From assembly GCA_026390935.1 (NCBI GenBank), contig JAPLEZ010000152.1, positions 1,293 through 65,292 on the forward strand: a stretch of DNA of 64,000 nucleotides. The letters are read 5' to 3'. Position numbers and translations under genes: made by a program. Positions 58,567 to 64,000 of the stretch are shown here, piece by piece. Position 1 is the first letter of the stretch, and every line of letters begins with the position of its first letter. The notes beneath the pieces were generated by a model that had not been told where the DNA came from, searched no databases, and worked only from the letters and a program-made list of their open reading frames with translations. The DNA comes from Bacteroidota bacterium. GTDB lineage: Bacteria; Bacteroidota; Bacteroidia; Flavobacteriales_C; GCA-002722245.

Positions 58567-58956
58567 ATGAATAACGACATTCAAAAATACAACAACGCAC
58601 AAGCTCCTGCAGACAGCGAGATTTGCAACTTGCTTGCCGAGGAAATCAGCAAGCATTTACCTGATGCAGAAAATAAAATTTGGCATGCACATCCAGTTTG
58701 GTTTCTGGATGGAAATCCAATTGTTGGATACAGTAAATTGAAAAACAGCGTTCGTTTGTTGTTCTGGAGCGGACAGTCATTTGAAGAAGAAGCATTGCAA
58801 AGTGAAGGAAGTTTCAAAGCTGCTGAAGCGCGATACACTTCGGTGAAAGAAGTAAAAAAATCTGATTTGAAACGCTGGCTTAAAAAGGCAGAAAACATTC
58901 AATGGGATTATAAAAACCTCATTAAAAGAAAAGGAGTTTTGGAACGATTGAAATAA
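58567..58956 (+). CDS. DUF1801 domain protein
   Basis: KIWHAHPVWFLDGNPIVGY, LLFWSGQSF, QWDYKN. Confidence 0.85.
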   Translation: MNNDIQKYNNAQAPADSEICNLLAEEISKHLPDAENKIWHAHPVWFLDGNPIVGYSKLKNSVRLLFWSGQSFEEEALQSEGSFKAAEARYTSVKEVKKSDLKRWLKKAENIQWDYKNLIKRKGVLERLK

Positions 58957-58966
58957 AATTTTTACC

Positions 58967-59206
58967 ATGGAAGAAATTACAAAAACATATACGAACGGAG
59001 AAATAACGATCGTGTGGAAACCTAAGACCTGCAGTCATTCCACGAAGTGTTGGAGAGGTCACGAAAGTTTAGTTGAGGTGTTTAATCCAAAAGACCGTCC
59101 GTGGATAAAACCAGAAAACGCGAGCAGTGAAAGAATTGTTGAACAAATTAAAAAGTGTCCTTCTGGCGCATTGAGTTTTTATTATAATGAGGACAAAACT
59201 GTTTAG
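58967..59206 (+). CDS. Divergent 4Fe-4S mono-cluster protein (YjdI/Fer4_19-like)
   Basis: W.P..CSHS..C, VF.P..RPWI, CPSGAL. Confidence 0.85.
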   Translation: MEEITKTYTNGEITIVWKPKTCSHSTKCWRGHESLVEVFNPKDRPWIKPENASSERIVEQIKKCPSGALSFYYNEDKTV

Positions 59207-59233
59207 CAGTTATTTTGATCCATCCAGTACGTC

Positions 59234-59375
59234 TTGCATATTGCTTCCCTCTTTAAGAAGAGGGGTGTGAAAGCCTTTTGCGCGGAAGCAGGGAGATGGA
59301 CTCGTGCTAATCCATCTCCCTGCTCACACACTTTCCTAACGCACCCCTCTTCTTCAAGAGGGAAGCAGTGTGCAA
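59234..59375. repeat. REPIN-like inverted doublet, family A
   Basis: TTGCATATTGCTTCCCTCTTTAAGAAGAGGGGTG...AGCAGGGAGATGGA, a 10-nt loop, then a diverged reverse complement; lies between convergent genes. Confidence 0.85.
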
Positions 59376-59394
59376 AAAGCCTCCGTTAGTTATA

Positions 59395-60690
59395 TCACTC
59401 ATTGAACTGCGCTCTAATCGCACCAGGTAAAGTCCCCGTCGCCGGAGATTTTATACACACCAGTTTAGAAGGTGATCCTTCATAGCCAATCGTACCAACA
59501 TATACTTTTCCATCAACTGACATCGCCGGCGAGCAAGTGCCCACGTCACTGCCTAAATCATATTGCCAGATAATTTTTCCTGTATTGATGTTCATCACAT
59601 GAATGCGATTCCATCCTGGTTCTACACCCTGACCGTTATTGAGTAATTCCGAAGCGAAAAACACGGTGCTGTCGTTGGCTAAAACCGAACAGGTATAAAT
59701 CTCGCCAAAAGTAGTGTTGCTCCACAACACTGCTGAACCATCGTGTTTCACTTTATAAAAAGCCGAAGCCTTGTTGTGATTTTTTCGTCCTATGTACATA
59801 TTTCCTGCAGCGTCAATGGCCGGAGTGCCGCGCATAAAACCTTCATGCGGCGGATTGTACTTCCAATTGATGCTTCCGTCAGAACAGTTGATGTTGTACA
59901 TCCACACATCGTAACAAAAAACAATTTTGGTTTTTGCTGCATCGGCAAAAGATGCGTTGGAGGTGGCGTCTCCATTTTCGCTGAATGGGTCAATTGGCAG
60001 TATTTTCCACCTTACAGCACCATTGGGATCAATAGACATAAAACATCCCCATTGTACCATGTAAATATTTCCTGAATTATCGATCAGTGGTTTTGAAACG
60101 CTGGCAGTTTGCGTCACTTTCCAGGCCTCCGTTCCATCGGTTTTTGATAAGGCATAAAAATCAGCCCCTTGTACATATACTTTGTCGCCAACATTTAATT
60201 CATAAGCGCCTATGTCTTTAATTTCGCTACCTGTGGCAATAAGTTTTTTCCAGCGCAATGTACCACTGTTGCTGAGAGAATAAACGTAGATAGTTGACGA
60301 ACTCATATCACCGTTTTTTCTTCCCGATTGCACCGTAAAATAAATGTTGTCATCACTGTCTAAAGCAGCACTTCCGCGCACTTCATTGCTGTCGAGGTTA
60401 TATGACCAAATCACGTTAAGTTGCAAATCGAATTTGTAAAATTTATTGTCTTTAGCCGGATCGGAAAACATTTTTTTAGAAGTACCGATGTACAAAAAAT
60501 TTCCTTTGATGATGGGTGAGTTGTAATCGAAACCACTTTCTCCAGGCGCAAAGGAATACTCAATTTTGTAGTTGGAATTTTCGTTGGTGTTGTTGGTCTG
60601 ATCGTCTTTTTTGTCCTCAGTTTTTTCTTTTTTACAGGAGAAAAGCACGAGACAAAAGAGGGCAAGGGACAGAAATTTTAAAGTCTTCAT
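59395..60690 (-). CDS. PQQ-like beta-propeller lipoprotein
   Basis: Lipobox LFSC; repeated G..(R/I)W(K/S) blade motifs. Confidence 0.82.
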   Translation of the reverse strand: MKTLKFLSLALFCLVLFSCKKEKTEDKKDDQTNNTNENSNYKIEYSFAPGESGFDYNSPIIKGNFLYIGTSKKMFSDPAKDNKFYKFDLQLNVIWSYNLDSNEVRGSAALDSDDNIYFTVQSGRKNGDMSSSTIYVYSLSNSGTLRWKKLIATGSEIKDIGAYELNVGDKVYVQGADFYALSKTDGTEAWKVTQTASVSKPLIDNSGNIYMVQWGCFMSIDPNGAVRWKILPIDPFSENGDATSNASFADAAKTKIVFCYDVWMYNINCSDGSINWKYNPPHEGFMRGTPAIDAAGNMYIGRKNHNKASAFYKVKHDGSAVLWSNTTFGEIYTCSVLANDSTVFFASELLNNGQGVEPGWNRIHVMNINTGKIIWQYDLGSDVGTCSPAMSVDGKVYVGTIGYEGSPSKLVCIKSPATGTLPGAIRAQFNE

Positions 60691-60814
60691 AAAGTGGATT
60701 TATGGGGGCTTTTACATGATTTTTGTGAACTTGTTTCATAAAGTTAAAGGCGCTTGTTTTTGTTTGTAAAAGTAATGTAGATTATTACTTTTGATATGGA
60801 TAAGAAATGATACC

Positions 60815-61765
60815 ATGAAAAATTTATTTGCCCTGTTTTTTATATTGATCACTTCCGTTGGTTTTGCTCAAACTCAAATGGAAATGAATGAGGAAGCATA
60901 TAGAGATTTTCACCAATCAGATTCTGTTCTCAATAGAACATACAGCGATATTATTAAGCTTTATAAGTCTGATCCTGAATTTATCAACGCTTTAAAAAAA
61001 TCGCAACGCTTGTGGATTAAATTCCGTGATGCGGAATTGGAAATGAAATTTCCCAATTATAAAGAAGCAGGATATTATGGAAGCATACATCCTATGTGCA
61101 GAGCATATTATTTGAAGGAATTGACGGATAAGCGCATTGAAACGCTCATGGAATGGAGAATAGGAGGAGAAGAGGGCGATGGTTGTGGTGGCTCGGTGAA
61201 GTTAAGAGAAGATTTTCTTATGGATTCTTTATTGGCTGTCGCGAAAATTCATCCTGATCAGTTGTATAAACCTTTTGATTCTCTTGATTTTGATAAGGTA
61301 ATGGCCTTTAATTTTTTTATTGATAGTAAGACTTTTCTCCCACTTAGTACTTATGAAGTTGGAAGTATCGTAAGCAATGGTTCACTTATTTATTCCACCC
61401 ATTTTCCAGGCGTTGAGTTAACGAAAAATCAAATTAATACGCTTAATAATCTGTTCTCCGACACTCTGACTTTTGGTGGCGAAAAACGCGCTTGTTTTGA
61501 ACCACATCATGCCTTTGTATTTTATAAAGGAAACAAAATTGTCAATGCGATTAACATCTGTCTCGATTGTAATCAAATGAATTCCGATTTTAAAATCCCT
61601 GCAATGGAGTATTATATAGCAGACTATGGAATGACTGATGGTCAGCTCGGTATCTCTTTTCAAAATGGTTTTACTGAATCAGGCCGGACTCGATTGATCA
61701 ACCTGATCAGAGAGTTGAAATTACCTTATGTGAGCAGGAAGGATTTAAAAGGGGAGAAGCATTAA
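60815..61765 (+). CDS. LprI (DUF1311) domain protein fused to an unknown C-terminal domain
   Basis: AQTQMEMN...LNRTY...LKKSQRLWIKFRDAE; C-terminal CFEPHH...ICLDC. Confidence 0.75.
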   Translation: MKNLFALFFILITSVGFAQTQMEMNEEAYRDFHQSDSVLNRTYSDIIKLYKSDPEFINALKKSQRLWIKFRDAELEMKFPNYKEAGYYGSIHPMCRAYYLKELTDKRIETLMEWRIGGEEGDGCGGSVKLREDFLMDSLLAVAKIHPDQLYKPFDSLDFDKVMAFNFFIDSKTFLPLSTYEVGSIVSNGSLIYSTHFPGVELTKNQINTLNNLFSDTLTFGGEKRACFEPHHAFVFYKGNKIVNAINICLDCNQMNSDFKIPAMEYYIADYGMTDGQLGISFQNGFTESGRTRLINLIRELKLPYVSRKDLKGEKH

Positions 61766-61975
61766 AAAGCAATTTCTAGAGAGAGATTTTTCACATTAGG
61801 ATTCCTGTGGAACTGATGTTTTCAATATTTAAGCTATACGTTCTGCAAGGCTTTAACGTCTAAATATCCCCACCAAATCAAAATCTTACACATTATTTTC
61901 AAAATTCCACTACACTATTTTCCCAAAAAAATCGTCAATTTATTAGAACACAATTATTCACTTAATTTTTAGGTT

Positions 61976-62311
61976 ATGGGAATTCTAATATTGAACGACG
62001 ACAAATCTTTTTTGGACAAAGCAAGAAGATATTATTTCAAAAGAGGCTTCCAAATTCATTTGGAAGATAATGGTGTGGATGGTTTGGTTTCTATTGTAAA
62101 GCATCAGCCTGAAGCCATTATTACCAACATCGACCTGAATGCATTGAGCGGAATAGATCTATACCGTTTGGTAAAAAGCAAAAGTTCTTTTGACGGAAAA
62201 TTTTATTTCATCAGCAATAATATTTCCGACGATGAATTTGATTGCTACAATGAGCGTCATAAAATTTATTCAGAGAAAACTGCTTTTAACAGGATATTGC
62301 CGTTGTTGTAG
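61976..62311 (+). CDS. Single-domain atypical response-regulator receiver
   Basis: ILILNDD, GVDGL, QPEAIITNIDL..LSGIDL; receiver fold with Asn at the phospho-Asp position. Confidence 0.7.
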   Translation: MGILILNDDKSFLDKARRYYFKRGFQIHLEDNGVDGLVSIVKHQPEAIITNIDLNALSGIDLYRLVKSKSSFDGKFYFISNNISDDEFDCYNERHKIYSEKTAFNRILPLL

Positions 62312-62325
62312 CAGAATCAGTGAAT

Positions 62326-64000
62326 TTATTTAAGCAAGATATAAAATTCAACATCCTTAAATTCCTTGTACTCTTCGGTGTACATTGGTGAATAATGTCC
62401 GTACCAAAAACGTGTCACTCTTACAGAAGGAATTTTAAATTTTGCCATGTATCCTTGCGAACATGATTTTCCATTTCCTTGCACTACAATTGGTGTAGCC
62501 GACACCAATTCAATTTGAAACTGATCACCATTCATTGTTTTGTAAGAGTAAAAATCGTCACCATTTTGTGTGTGAAATGAAAACTCTATATCAGCCGCCA
62601 AATTTTTACCATATAGTTCCCAGGAGATGAGTTTTGGGGCCATTTTCTGTCCGTTAACTTTGAAAGGAACTGAGTCGAGCCAGAATGGTGTGGAAATGTC
62701 GCCTATTGTTTGACCTTTGTATTTAGTGAAAAGCGTTTGAATGTTTTTTGCAGTTAAGTTGTTGGTGTCTTTTGCATACAATTGTATTGTCATTCCCGAG
62801 AACTGTCCTTGTTTTACAATCAACCCTTCTTTGGTGTAGCAATATATTTTATAGCTTTTGCCAGCACTAGCTTCGCCAGAACCCAGAGATAAACTTGCTT
62901 TTTTGAAGTCGTAGGGAACTCCATCCAACATAAATTTAAAGGTGGAATAAAATGCAGTGCTTGAAAGTATGGTGTCGCCTAAAGTAAGTTCTTCAACCAG
63001 TTGCTTCGCTGTGCCTTTCGCAATATCTTCCAACTCTTTTATATCCTTTGCGGTTTGAGCAATTGGATTCCATGGTTTTGTATCAATGGCCTGTTTGGTG
63101 TAGGTATAATTGTAAGTGCTGTAAAATCCCTTACGGTAGAAATGGCGACTCCTGTATCCGTTTTTGGCAAGATACTCTTTCACCATATTTACATTTTCTT
63201 TGATGATTCCAGCTTCATAAGTCTTGTAGTCATTTTGTGTAATTTTTTCTGCTGTACTTAAAGCATCATCAAATTGCTCCAGCCACAATTGTGAAACAGC
63301 AAGGTTAAATAGGTACACAAATTTTAGTTTCTGCTCATATTTATCAGCAGAAGATAATTTCTCGGCACTCGCCAACCACGAACTTAAAACAGGTTCCAAT
63401 GCCAACTGAACTTTTTGCAGTGGTTCGCTGTAAGGTGCGCTGGATAATGCGCTGCTAACTTTTGTGATTTCGTTATGCAGGCTTTGCAAGTCGGGACTTT
63501 TTTTAACGTCCACATCCATAAATTCCTGCTCGTAACTTTGCTTTTCAAATGAGTAAGCATTTTTTATTTTTCTGATTTCTGCGTTCAAAGCATCTATGTA
63601 ATTTTTTTTAACGCTCATGTTGAGACCCGCTGTTTTAAAACTGATCACTTTCTCGGCACCTTCTTTTGTGCTGGGTTCCGATTTAAAAACTGTTGGATTG
63701 TCTTGGGTGGAAAAAACTGCAACATGAAGGATTGCACCATTTTCATTATTAATTAGCTGAATAATTGTTGGTGCCGACATTTCAATGATGGCGCTGTACA
63801 GAGTGCTTTTTGTTTTTGTGCCATCGGCATTTTTTACTTCAACAATTGATTCTACCACTTGTTCTTTTGTGATAGAGGGTTCGCCAATTTGAATGGAATA
63901 AATAAAATCGCCGTTGCCTTCTTTTACAAAGGAGTATCCTTCCAAATGGAAAAAATCTTCAATTGTTTTTGGACGCAATTCCAACTTATTCAACGTTTCT
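62326..64000 (-). CDS. Hypothetical protein with a TPR-like helical segment (partial, 5' end beyond the window)
   Basis: Open frame to the window edge; YLFNLAVSQLWLEQFDDAL TPR-like repeat. Confidence 0.65.
   Translation of the reverse strand, partial: ETLNKLELRPKTIEDFFHLEGYSFVKEGNGDFIYSIQIGEPSITKEQVVESIVEVKNADGTKTKSTLYSAIIEMSAPTIIQLINNENGAILHVAVFSTQDNPTVFKSEPSTKEGAEKVISFKTAGLNMSVKKNYIDALNAEIRKIKNAYSFEKQSYEQEFMDVDVKKSPDLQSLHNEITKVSSALSSAPYSEPLQKVQLALEPVLSSWLASAEKLSSADKYEQKLKFVYLFNLAVSQLWLEQFDDALSTAEKITQNDYKTYEAGIIKENVNMVKEYLAKNGYRSRHFYRKGFYSTYNYTYTKQAIDTKPWNPIAQTAKDIKELEDIAKGTAKQLVEELTLGDTILSSTAFYSTFKFMLDGVPYDFKKASLSLGSGEASAGKSYKIYCYTKEGLIVKQGQFSGMTIQLYAKDTNNLTAKNIQTLFTKYKGQTIGDISTPFWLDSVPFKVNGQKMAPKLISWELYGKNLAADIEFSFHTQNGDDFYSYKTMNGDQFQIELVSATPIVVQGNGKSCSQGYMAKFKIPSVRVTRFWYGHYSPMYTEEYKEFKDVEFYILLK

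Overview
Chromosomal segment of an AT-rich Bacteroidota bacterium, probably Flavobacteriales-like (TAnnTTTG promoters, type IX secretion genes, split metH). It is mostly housekeeping: lnt, a C25/PorU-like + PorV-like pair, pssA, purS, lptB-tatC-glyQS, class Ia nrdBA, tsaB, a short bacterial-type proS, SAM-I-riboswitch-controlled split metH, a cytochrome c oxidase subunit III/IV-SCO-cyoE block, polysaccharide genes, cynS, a GH5 and tRNA-Gln. No CRISPR, prophage or intact IS was seen. The most interesting signals are non-coding. (1) A four-helix-bundle (23S-IVS/bAvd-like) gene sits between the two metH halves, framed by ~32-nt inverted heptamer arrays whose exact removal would fuse metH in frame; related heptamer arrays mark four other gene junctions. 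(2) Two copies of a ~160-nt covarying, pseudoknot-capable structured element are present. (3) There are several REP/REPIN-like families, one flanked by a duplicated proS 3' end and one overlapping a gene start. (4) Two genes carry single in-frame nonsense codons. (5) A poly(A)13 tract lies in a promoter spacer. Family assignments come from motif recognition only; no database searches were run.
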